NCBI GenBank assembly: GCA_965369625.1
Contig: CBDUQW010000004.1
Span: forward strand, 5,391 to 69,390
From: an uncultured Thermoplasmata archaeon
Lineage (GTDB): Archaea > Thermoplasmatota > DTKX01 > GCA-020343715
DNA length: 64,000 nucleotides
Reading direction: 5' to 3'
Position 1 is the stretch's first letter, and every line of letters begins with the position of its first letter. Below the pieces are notes generated by a model. That model ran no database searches. It worked only from the letters and a program-made list of their open reading frames with translations, and had not been told where the DNA came from. The position numbers and the translations under genes are program-made. This document shows positions 10,001 to 17,781 of this stretch, piece by piece.

Positions 10001-10494
10001 ACAGGACGGGGCCGGTGGTCACCGTGAACGTGACCGTCCGGAACGCCCCGAACAACCCGCCCGCCGTAGAGACCGTGGGGGACCTGAGGGTCAACCCAGG
10101 CCAGCTTGTGAACTTCATGATGGTCGCCTCGGACCCCGACGGTGACGACCTCACCTTCTCCGACGACGTCCTCCTGTTCGACATCGACCCCGGGACGGGT
10201 ACCATCACCTTCACCCCCGCCGAGGCGGACGTGGGCGTGTGGAGGATCACGATCACGGTGTCCGACGGCACCCACCAGACCAAGACGACATTTATAATAA
10301 CCGTGGAACCCAAGGGGGAGGATGAGGCCGTCCTGGGCCTCCCATTCACCTCCACGCAGCTCCTGGCTGCCATCGTGCTCCTCTTGATAGTCGCCGTCAT
10401 CATCGCGATGGGGCTGCGCTCGAGGCGCCGCAGCCGGGCTGGTGAGGGGACGGACGCCACCACGTCCCGTACCTCACGGGGGGACGCAGCATGA
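7006..10494 (+). CDS. Secreted, membrane-anchored S8 (subtilisin-like) serine peptidase with Ig-like repeats
   Basis: Signal peptide from ATG 7006; triad motifs VAVLDTG, HGTWVAG and GTSAAAP; oxyanion AAGN; several Ig-like modules; C-terminal TM followed by a basic tail. Confidence 0.93.
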   Translation: MANRGLAVLVIVVLALSMLPPVTALAPVDGTDGSAPAEGPDRWWLTWPSDMDRDGIHDWLEDLARDALANDPDSRLDIVVDLERVPSSIDVARLEGLGMEVQHVSVYVDAVLGSVPVGNLDAIRALPGVVMLEAQGRGVFFLSSAVPSVGIDYVHEDLGFDGTGVTVAVLDTGINANHVALDDLDDSSLTDDPKLVAFFDAYANTTAVPYDSGEHGTWVAGIATGTSGGNSPHVGGAPGAKLVGARIGSPGGFPEYTAMRGLEWAIANKDTYNISVMVCSWGIVLGGPNDHNGNSAISRAADRAVEAGISVVVAAGNSALSATVTSPGDAHDVVTVGSVNDNHRISSFSSEGPTTDGRTKPDVCAPGEDITGAWSKSNTGYYEGDGTSAAAPLVGGLIALMLEANPDLTPAQVKQILHEASEHNTEFNAKYFRTPNNGYGWGVVHAPGAVSRARDLRAPSIDIPVSIDSGEELDLTIEGSYVRTQYTDRGENGQSRFGDDEVIIEITVPDEWDRPSRTTSTMEGDIIATGTPAVTSEDGHYLIRVTYRVIDNVDSITVGTPTITFTTVAPVTSSAETYTFTTRETLNNMAGPEGRTRVSVGGNVPPEIQLTNPDGGSDTADAFYVIRWTDDDPDDNARITLYNDPDTDPANGRVLIVSNLAEDPEGEGDAYVWDTSTLVEGRSFYIQAVIDDGANEPFSTYSASAVTIRHTGGNSPPSIEVLQPDGDADVADLTFTIEYLAYDPDDVASVSLYWDANDFGYDGTTIVRDLDESDGLGTYIWDTSTMEEMESVYVYAVASDGQNPQARAYGSGPLTIGHDSGPRVEYWSPTDQDVPLDEPVVVTFDRDMDHEATEAATSIVPSVPGTFSWTAQTMFFTPAGGWTAETDHTVTVSTGALDAEGEALVEVHQWSFRTTISSTPTDPPTVAITTPVQDATVSSFVMIEGTGRDIDDNGKVEVRIDGGDWMKATGTTNWYLTWDSEQTTDGRHTISVRGTDGRDRTGPVVTVNVTVRNAPNNPPAVETVGDLRVNPGQLVNFMMVASDPDGDDLTFSDDVLLFDIDPGTGTITFTPAEADVGVWRITITVSDGTHQTKTTFIITVEPKGEDEAVLGLPFTSTQLLAAIVLLLIVAVIIAMGLRSRRRSRAGEGTDATTSRTSRGDAA

Positions 10495-12539
10495 AACCTT
10501 CATCTACGATATGGTCGCTCTCACATCCCATGCGACGGAAAGCCCGACCGCGCTGGTTCCTGGCCATCGCCCTGGTCACCCTGCTGGCCCTGGCATCGAC
10601 CGCGGGTACGGCCCAGGGGCCGAGGACCGCAGTCCACCGGGTCTCCGGGGTCACCGGGGCCGACCCGGCCGAGGCGCCGACCCACCAGGCCCCCCTGGGC
10701 CTGGAGGACGGGCCCTGGTGGGAGACGACCACCATGGACGCGGACGGTGACGGCATGTTCGACCAGCTGGACGCCCTCGTGGACAGCGGTTCCATCAGGC
10801 CCGTCGACGTGCTGGTGGACCTCGACCACACCCCCACGGACGCAGAGGCGATGACCCTGGCGAACCTGGTGAAATCCCCCGGTTGGGCCCTGTTCCCCAG
10901 CATCGACATCGTGGGCCTGAGGGCCGTCCCCCCGGGGGCCCTGCACCTGCTCCTGGAGGCTCCTGGCGTCGTGATGCTCGAGCCCCGCATTGACGCCGTC
11001 CCCCAGCAGGACGTGGCCTCCCCTGCCATCAAGGCCAGGGAGTCGGACTTCTACAGCCCCAACACCGCCTGGGAGCTGGGCTTCACCGGCGACGGCGTCA
11101 TCATCGCCATCATGGACACCGGCGTGGACGACGCCCACTCCGCCCTGACGGGCAAGTTCGTCGCCGGCGTCGACTTCACCAAGCTCAACAGGCCCTACAC
11201 CTATCCACGGGACGGCACCGTCAACCCCGACGACCAGGCAGGCCACGGCACCACGTGCGCCGGCATCTCGATGAGCACCGGGGCCCCTGGCGGGGAGTAC
11301 ATGGGCGCTGCCCCGGACGCGCTGCTCATCGACCTTCGGATCGGCACCCGGTTCGGGTTCTCCCCGGGCGAGTTTCCCCAGAACACCTACGACGCGGCGC
11401 TGCAGGCCATCGACTGGCTGGCCAGCCATTCCGACACCCGGTGGCAGGGCGGCACCCAGGGCATCGACGTCAACTCCCTTTCCTGGGGCATCCCCTTCGA
11501 CGGAGCCTCCGACGGGACCGATGCGTACTCCCGTGGTCTGGACCAGGCGGTGCTGGAGGGCATCGTCTCGTGCGTGGCCATCGGCAACGAGGGACCTGAC
11601 AACACGGGCATCACGGGCATGTCCGCCTCGTCCCGCAGCATCATCGTGGGCGCCCTCGACGACCTCAACACCATCCTCCGCGACGACGACATCATCGCCC
11701 CCTATTCCACCCGGGGTCCCCGTCACGACGACGGCGACGACTACCCCTACGACGAGTTGATGCCCCACATCACCGCACCGGGCACGAACATCAATGGAGT
11801 GGTGTACGAGAACCGCGGCGGCGACGGCTCCGGCGGTGGCTACGGTGGAAGGGGCTCTGGCACCTCCTACGCGGCCCCCTACGTGGCGGGCATCTCGGCC
11901 ATCCTCCTCGAGGCGAACCCGTCCCTCACCCCCCTCGTCCTGCGCGAGATCCTGATGGCCACCGCGGAGCGCCGCGGCGACCCCGAGTTCCCCACCCTGG
12001 ACCCCTTCTGGAACGGCGACTTCGGCTGGGGCATGGTGGACACCTACTGGGCCACCTACGTGGCCCTCGAGGTCGACGACGTCCCTATGGTGGACACCGA
12101 GCTGCAGGCCTTCGTCACCAACATCAGCGGTGCCACCCTGTCCGACCCCCACCTGATGGTCGAGGCCATCGCCTGGGCGCGCGTCGGCGAGGTGGACCAC
12201 CTGGAGTGGCGCGTCGACCAGGGCCCGTGGAGCGACACCGGCATCGACGACGGCGAGACCACCTTCGAGGTGGACCCCGTCGATATCGGCGAGGGGACCC
12301 ACGTCCTCGAGGTGCGGGCCATCGGCATCGACGGCCATCATTCGGTGTGGAGACCGGTGGAGTTCAACGTCACCCAGTCCGAGGTGGACTACGCCAACGC
12401 CTACTCGGCGGCGGGCAGCATCGGTTGGTGCCTCGCCGGCGTGCTGCTGGTCGCCATCGCGGCCGGCTACGTGTGGTTCAGGCGCCGGGACCTCATCCAC
12501 AAGGGCCTGGACAGGCTTGGCATCGAGAGGTCGCAGTAG
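10491..12539 (+). CDS. Second secreted S8 serine peptidase, membrane-anchored
   Basis: AIMDTG, HGTTCAG, AIGNEG and GTSYAAP; signal peptide and C-terminal TM; ATGA overlap with the upstream gene (alternative start 10530). Confidence 0.92.
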   Translation: MKPSSTIWSLSHPMRRKARPRWFLAIALVTLLALASTAGTAQGPRTAVHRVSGVTGADPAEAPTHQAPLGLEDGPWWETTTMDADGDGMFDQLDALVDSGSIRPVDVLVDLDHTPTDAEAMTLANLVKSPGWALFPSIDIVGLRAVPPGALHLLLEAPGVVMLEPRIDAVPQQDVASPAIKARESDFYSPNTAWELGFTGDGVIIAIMDTGVDDAHSALTGKFVAGVDFTKLNRPYTYPRDGTVNPDDQAGHGTTCAGISMSTGAPGGEYMGAAPDALLIDLRIGTRFGFSPGEFPQNTYDAALQAIDWLASHSDTRWQGGTQGIDVNSLSWGIPFDGASDGTDAYSRGLDQAVLEGIVSCVAIGNEGPDNTGITGMSASSRSIIVGALDDLNTILRDDDIIAPYSTRGPRHDDGDDYPYDELMPHITAPGTNINGVVYENRGGDGSGGGYGGRGSGTSYAAPYVAGISAILLEANPSLTPLVLREILMATAERRGDPEFPTLDPFWNGDFGWGMVDTYWATYVALEVDDVPMVDTELQAFVTNISGATLSDPHLMVEAIAWARVGEVDHLEWRVDQGPWSDTGIDDGETTFEVDPVDIGEGTHVLEVRAIGIDGHHSVWRPVEFNVTQSEVDYANAYSAAGSIGWCLAGVLLVAIAAGYVWFRRRDLIHKGLDRLGIERSQ

Positions 12540-12601
12540 GACGCCTCGACCACGTTGGAAACTCGAATCCTTTAAATATCCGGTCTGCTGTGGGGCCGTC
12601 C

Positions 12602-14017
12602 ATGTGCGCCCACAAGACGGAGGACGAGTTCAGCGAGTGGTACAATCGGCTCATCGAGGAGGCCGAGCTCTCGGACAAGCGTTATCCGATCAAGGGCATG
12701 AACGTCTGGCGGCCCTACGGCTGGCAGATCATGACCAACATCGACTCGTGCTTCCGTCGCGAGCTTAACGCGACGGGCCACGACGAGGTCAACTTCCCAC
12801 TGCTGGTCCCCGCCACCGAGTTCGAGAAGGAGGCCCAGCACATCAAGGGCTTCTCCGACGAGGTCTACTGGGTCACCAGGGGCGGCGGCAACGAGCTGGA
12901 TGTCCCGTTGCTGCTCAGACCCACCTCGGAGACGGCGATGTACCCCATATTCAAGCTGTGGATACGGTCCCACGCCGACCTCCCCCTGAAGACGTACCAG
13001 CTGGTCAACGTTTTCCGCTACGACACCAAGATGACCCGCAGCTTCATCCGCGTCCGCGAGATCCACTTCTTCGAGGCGCACACCTGCCACGTTGACTTCG
13101 AGGACGCCGAGAGGCAGATCGCCGAGGACCTGGAGATCTGGTCCAAGGTCTCCAAGGACCTGGCCCTGCCCTACATGACGGCAAAGCGGCCGGACTGGGA
13201 CAAGTTCCCGGGCGCATTCTACACCATCGGCTTCGACGTGCTCATGCCCGCGGGCAGGACGATGCAGATGGCCTCCGTCCACCAGTACAGGTCCAACTTC
13301 AGCGAGCCCTACGAGATCACCTACGAGGACGAGAACGGCGAGCACCAGCACGTCCACCAGACGACCTACGGCATGTCCGAGCGGCTCATCGGCGCCATCA
13401 TCGCCGTCCACGGCGACGAGAAGGGCATCGTGCTGCCCCCCGTCATCGCTCCCAAACAGGTCGTGGTCGTGCCCATCTACAGGAAAGACGACGCCGGCGA
13501 GGTCGTAGAGGCCGCCAGGCAGCTGGCGGAGGAGCTGGACGAGGCCGGCATCCGGGTCCACCTGGACGACCGCGACCTGCGCCCGGGCGAGAAGTACTAC
13601 CACTGGGAGCGCAGGGGGGTCCCGATACGCCTCGAGCTGGGACCGAGGGACATCAAGCACGGGCAGGTGACCGTGGCCGTCCGCGACCTGGGAGAGAAGT
13701 CCACCGTCCGCCGCGACGAGGTGCTGGAGAAGGTCGAGGAGGCGATGTCCGAGATGCAGTGGAGGCTCCTGGACAAGGCGGAGAAGGACCTGCGCGACCG
13801 TACGACCGACCTTCCCGACATCCCGTACGACTACGACCTGGAGGACGTGGCCAGGGTGGGCTGGTGCGGCGAGGAGGACTGCGCCACCCAGATGGAGGTC
13901 AACCTCGAGGTAACGTTCCTCGGCGAGGACATGGACCTGAAGCAGCCCCCCATCGAGAGGTGCACCACCTGCGGCGCGACCTCCAAGGCCACGGTCTACG
14001 TGTCGAGGACTTACTGA
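12602..14017 (+). CDS. proS: Proline--tRNA ligase (archaeal/eukaryotic type)
   Basis: FSEWY, LRPTSET, NVFRY...FIRVREI and HQTTYGMSER; C-terminal Zn domain ending SRTY. Confidence 0.97.
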   Translation: MCAHKTEDEFSEWYNRLIEEAELSDKRYPIKGMNVWRPYGWQIMTNIDSCFRRELNATGHDEVNFPLLVPATEFEKEAQHIKGFSDEVYWVTRGGGNELDVPLLLRPTSETAMYPIFKLWIRSHADLPLKTYQLVNVFRYDTKMTRSFIRVREIHFFEAHTCHVDFEDAERQIAEDLEIWSKVSKDLALPYMTAKRPDWDKFPGAFYTIGFDVLMPAGRTMQMASVHQYRSNFSEPYEITYEDENGEHQHVHQTTYGMSERLIGAIIAVHGDEKGIVLPPVIAPKQVVVVPIYRKDDAGEVVEAARQLAEELDEAGIRVHLDDRDLRPGEKYYHWERRGVPIRLELGPRDIKHGQVTVAVRDLGEKSTVRRDEVLEKVEEAMSEMQWRLLDKAEKDLRDRTTDLPDIPYDYDLEDVARVGWCGEEDCATQMEVNLEVTFLGEDMDLKQPPIERCTTCGATSKATVYVSRTY

Positions 14018-14055
14018 CGAGGGGCTCGTCCCCCTCCGCCAAGAAAAATGGGACC

Positions 14056-14277
14056 TCAGGCCCGGGCCTCTTCCTGCTCCCGAACGGAGTAGAGGAGGGT
14101 GCCGGCCAGGCCCAGACCGACGCAAATGATGGTGATGGTGTAGACCGCCAGGTCGGTCCAGGTCCCGTACATCGCCCCCCAGATGAAGTAGAAGCCGATC
14201 CCGAAGGCGAGGAGGACCATGTAGAAGACCTTCGGTATCAGGAGGGGCATCTCCATAACCGGCTCTTCCTGGGGCAT
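14056..14277 (-). CDS. Small two-TM membrane protein
   Basis: Two hydrophobic helices with host-like codon usage; fills the gap between proS and pheS. Confidence 0.7.
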   Translation of the reverse strand: MPQEEPVMEMPLLIPKVFYMVLLAFGIGFYFIWGAMYGTWTDLAVYTITIICVGLGLAGTLLYSVREQEEARA

Positions 14278-14333
14278 GCGAGGTGCGCATGGGCTAATGG
14301 GAAATAAACCTTTTGGGCTTCCATTTTACGCGT

Positions 14334-15881
14334 TCACCGCAGCGGTCGCGACCTCAGCCAGTCCAGGTCCGACTCGTACAGCTGACGGATGTCGTCGATG
14401 CCGTACATGATCATGGCGATGCGCTCCAGGCCCTGCCCCCATGCGAGCACCGGGTCCTTCACCCCGAAGGGCGCGGTCACCTCGGGCCGGAACACCCCGG
14501 AGCCACCCATCTCCAGCCACTTGTCGTTGAGCAGCACCTCCACCTCCATCGAGGGCTCGGTGTAGGGGAAGTAGCCAGGCCGGATGCGGATGTCGTCGAA
14601 GCCCAGCCGCTGGTAGAACTCCCTCATCACGCCCACCAGCATGGCGAAGGAGGCCCCCGGTTCCATGACGATGCCCTCCACCTGGTGGAACTCTGCCAGG
14701 TGGGAGTAGTCGATGGCCTCGTGGCGGAACACGCGGCCCAGGGAGAATATCTTGCAAGGCTCCTCCGGATGCTCGGCCAGGTACTGGATGGTCAGGCAGG
14801 TCGTGTGGGTCCTCAGCAGCGGTCTCCGGGTCTCCTCCAGGGAGAACTCGCCGCCCCAGCCGCGGGAGCCCGTCTCCCAGCCGTTCTCGTGGGTCTGCCG
14901 GACCCGGTCGATGACCTCGGGGTCGACCCCGAGGTCGTGATCTCCCTCCAGGTACAGGGTGTCCTGGAGGTCGCGGGCGGGATGGTCCTGGGGCGTGAAC
15001 AGGGCGTCCATGTTCCAAAAAGCGGGCTGGACGTAGTCCCCCACCATCTCGGTGAAGCCCATCTGCTTGAACACACGCCTCACCCGTTCCAGGGTCTCCC
15101 GGACGGGATGGGGCCTGCCGCCGTGGAGGGCCGGTGCGTAGGCCTTGACGTCGTAGGGCCGGAGCTCCACCTCCCGCCACCGGCCGGACCTCAGCATCTG
15201 TGGGGTGAGCTGGGCGACCTCCTCCCGGACCTCGAGTCCCCTGGCAAGGACCTCCTTGCCCGGGTCGGTGAGGGTCAACGTCCGGTGGACCTCCTCTCGG
15301 ACCCGGACGACCTCCTTCCGGTCCTTGAGGGACCTCCAGACGACGGGGTCAACGTCCTTCTCTGGGATGCCCGTGGGCCCGGCCTCCACGATGCGGGCGA
15401 TCATCTCCTCGTCGGGGGTGCGTTCCCCGATGGCGCCCTCACCATCGGCGGTGATCTCTAGGACCGTCTGGTCCTCGGTGCGGCGGATCTCGGCCCACCC
15501 CCGGCGCTTGAGCCAGCCAAGGGCGATGGAGACCTCCTTCTTCTCCATGCCCGCCTCGGGACCCAGGTCGCCCGTGCCCATCATCCCGGTGTTCGAGAGG
15601 GCGATGAGCGCCCTGCGCTCCGGAAGGCCCCGCTCTACCACCTGGGGGGCCTCGGGTCCCGCCACCACGTAGCGGTCCACCCGCTCGCCGATGGTCACCA
15701 GGCCCTTGCTGGCAAGCCAGGAGGCCGAGTTCATCACCTCCACCATCTCCTGGAAGCCCGCTTCCTTCTGGATCGTGTCGACCTCGGCGCCGTCCAGCGC
15801 CTCCAGTGCCAGCAGCACCTTGCGCTCCCCCGCGCTCAGCTTGTCGACCAACGCATCCAGCTCGTCCACCAGCTCGTCCAC
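14334..15881 (-). CDS. pheS: Phenylalanine--tRNA ligase alpha subunit (long archaeal type)
   Basis: FWNMDALFTPQDHPARD, LLRTHTT, EFHQVEG, YFPYTEPS and AWGQGLER; probable GTG start 15881 after SD GGTGAG. Confidence 0.96.
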   Translation of the reverse strand: MDELVDELDALVDKLSAGERKVLLALEALDGAEVDTIQKEAGFQEMVEVMNSASWLASKGLVTIGERVDRYVVAGPEAPQVVERGLPERRALIALSNTGMMGTGDLGPEAGMEKKEVSIALGWLKRRGWAEIRRTEDQTVLEITADGEGAIGERTPDEEMIARIVEAGPTGIPEKDVDPVVWRSLKDRKEVVRVREEVHRTLTLTDPGKEVLARGLEVREEVAQLTPQMLRSGRWREVELRPYDVKAYAPALHGGRPHPVRETLERVRRVFKQMGFTEMVGDYVQPAFWNMDALFTPQDHPARDLQDTLYLEGDHDLGVDPEVIDRVRQTHENGWETGSRGWGGEFSLEETRRPLLRTHTTCLTIQYLAEHPEEPCKIFSLGRVFRHEAIDYSHLAEFHQVEGIVMEPGASFAMLVGVMREFYQRLGFDDIRIRPGYFPYTEPSMEVEVLLNDKWLEMGGSGVFRPEVTAPFGVKDPVLAWGQGLERIAMIMYGIDDIRQLYESDLDWLRSRPLR

Positions 15882-15902
15882 CAGCTCACCACCAGCTCGT
15901 CC
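15857..15902. repeat. ~12-bp tandem repeat (about 4 copies) spanning the pheS start
   Basis: CCAGCTCGTCCA x2, CCAGCTCACCA, CCAGCTCGTCC. Confidence 0.8.
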
Positions 15903-15945
15903 TTGGCCGATTGCCTGCGGGCGTATTAATAATTGCCCTCGCACC

Positions 15946-17283
15946 TCACGGGACCAGGCGCTGGCGGTCCCGCGGGTACAGCACGGTCTCGCGGATGTTG
16001 GACAGGCCCAGCAGCATCTGGAGCAACCGCTCCACCCCGTAGCCGAAGCCACCGTGGGGCGGCATGCCGTAGCGGAAGGCCTTGAGGTAGAACTCGAAGT
16101 CCCCGGCCCGCAGTCCAGCCTCCTCGATCTGGGCGGTGACCACGTCCAGGCGATGCTCGCGCTTCCCGCCGCTGGCGATCTCCTGGCCCCGGACGCCCAG
16201 GTCGAAGTAGCCAGTGAGGTGGGGCCGGTCCTCGTAGCGGTGGGCGTAGAAGGTCCCCACCTTGTATCTGGTGGGGAAGTCGGTGATGAAGTAGTAGTCC
16301 TCGCCCCACCGCTGGTGGACGATCTTGCCCAGGGCCTTCTCGTGCTCGGTCCCCATCTCGGCCTCCTCGGGCACGTCGACCCCGTCCTCCCGCAGCATGT
16401 CGATGCACTCCTCGTAGGGTATCCTGCGGAAGGGCTGTGGGGGCACGTCCAGGCGGACCATCAACAGGTCCAGCAGCTCCTGGCCCCCCTCGATGAGGTG
16501 CCGAACGCCGTCCACCGTCATCCGCTCCACCGTACTCATCACGTCCTCCGAGGTGGTAACGAAGGCCTGCTCGGCGTCCAGGGACGTGAACTCCGCCAGG
16601 TGGCGAACGGTGTCGGAGGGCTCGGCGCGGAAGGCGGGGGCCACCTCGAAGACGCGGTCCAGACCGGTGGCCATCAGGTGCTGCTTGTAAAGCTGGGGGC
16701 TCTGGGCCAGGTAGGCGGGCTTGCCGAAGTACTCCAGTTGGAACAGCGTGGCGCCGCCCTCGGCGCCGGCGGACACGATCTTCGGGGTCGCGACCTCCAC
16801 GAAGCCCTGGTCGGTGAGGCTGCGTCGGAGGCCCTCGGTGAGGATGGAGCGCAGGCGGAATATGGCGGCCACCTCGGGCTTGCGGACGTCCATGAAGCGG
16901 TTGTCCAGACGGGTGTCCAGGTCGGCGCCCACCTTGTCCACCACCCCCAGGGGCAGGGGGACGTCGGCCCGCGCCAGCAGCTCCCACGAGCTGGGAAGCA
17001 CCTCGAAGCCGGCCTTGGCCTGGTCGTTCTCCTGGACGGTGCCCGTGACGGTGATGACGCTCTCCCTCGGCAGCTCCACCAGTTCGCGGAACCCCTCGGG
17101 ACCCATCTCCTTCTTGATGGCCGTCACCTGCAGCACCCCGCCCCGGTCGCGCACCTGGAGGAATGCGATCCCGCCCAGGTTGCGCACGTCCTGGAGCCAG
17201 CCGGCCACGGTCACGGTGGTGCCGAAGTCCTCGGGGGTAATCTCGGAGGAGTATCGTTCTCGGAGGGGCTTGGGTCCTTCCAT
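15946..17283 (-). CDS. aspS: Aspartate--tRNA ligase (archaeal type, probably discriminating)
   Basis: OB-fold AGWLQDVRNLGG, LAQSPQLYKQ, FRAE and YGMPPHGGFGYGVER; start ATG 17283. Confidence 0.96.
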   Translation of the reverse strand: MEGPKPLRERYSSEITPEDFGTTVTVAGWLQDVRNLGGIAFLQVRDRGGVLQVTAIKKEMGPEGFRELVELPRESVITVTGTVQENDQAKAGFEVLPSSWELLARADVPLPLGVVDKVGADLDTRLDNRFMDVRKPEVAAIFRLRSILTEGLRRSLTDQGFVEVATPKIVSAGAEGGATLFQLEYFGKPAYLAQSPQLYKQHLMATGLDRVFEVAPAFRAEPSDTVRHLAEFTSLDAEQAFVTTSEDVMSTVERMTVDGVRHLIEGGQELLDLLMVRLDVPPQPFRRIPYEECIDMLREDGVDVPEEAEMGTEHEKALGKIVHQRWGEDYYFITDFPTRYKVGTFYAHRYEDRPHLTGYFDLGVRGQEIASGGKREHRLDVVTAQIEEAGLRAGDFEFYLKAFRYGMPPHGGFGYGVERLLQMLLGLSNIRETVLYPRDRQRLVP

Positions 17284-17372
17284 GCTACCGCCGCGCACTG
17301 AAAAGAACGAACCGTTCAAATAGCTTCGCATCGGAGGGGAGGGCCAACGCCGTCGGAACATTGATATATATG

Positions 17373-17401
17373 ATTGAACATTTGAGCAATTGTTCAATTG
17401 T
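17373..17401. promoter_or_regulatory. SmtB/ArsR-type operator palindrome
   Basis: ACATTTGAGCA-AT-TGTTCAATTGT, matching the TGA...TCA 12-2-12 SmtB box; overlaps ATTGAACA...TGTTCAAT; lies just downstream of a TATA (TATATATG) and upstream of the regulator. Confidence 0.8.
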
Positions 17402-17417
17402 TTTGGAGAGAGCGGAC

Positions 17418-17777
17418 ATGCCAGCCAAGGAATCGTACACCTGCCAGGTCAGAGCCCTTCACGAGGACGCCGTCCAGGTCGCCAGGTCGTCCTCCCTCAC
17501 CGATCCCGAGGTGGAGGAGCTTGCCCGCCTGTTCAAGGTCCTGGGCGACCCGACCAGGACCCGCATCCTCCGCGCCCTGCGTTCCGGCGAGCTGTGCGTG
17601 TGCGACATAAGCCACGTGCTGGGCATGTCGGTCTCCTCCGTGTCCCACCAGCTGCGCGTCCTGCGCCAGCACAACCTCGTGAGGCCCCGCCGAGACGGCA
17701 AGATCGTCTTTTACACCCTGGCCGACACTCACGTGCTGGCCCTTCACGAGACCGCCCTCGAGCACGTCAGGGAGTGA
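17418..17777 (+). CDS. ArsR/SmtB-family metal-sensing repressor
   Basis: FKVLGDPTRTRIL, ELCVCDI, VSHQLRVLR; N-terminal Cys and alpha5 DTH...EH. Confidence 0.95.
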   Translation: MPAKESYTCQVRALHEDAVQVARSSSLTDPEVEELARLFKVLGDPTRTRILRALRSGELCVCDISHVLGMSVSSVSHQLRVLRQHNLVRPRRDGKIVFYTLADTHVLALHETALEHVRE

Positions 17778-17781
17778 TCCC

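Noticed and set aside
7429..12500. Very long antisense ORFs (7429..10275, 10521..12500, and similar ones elsewhere such as 12572..14290 and 49826..51835)
   Set aside because: Shadow ORFs expected opposite high-GC genes; no recognisable motifs.
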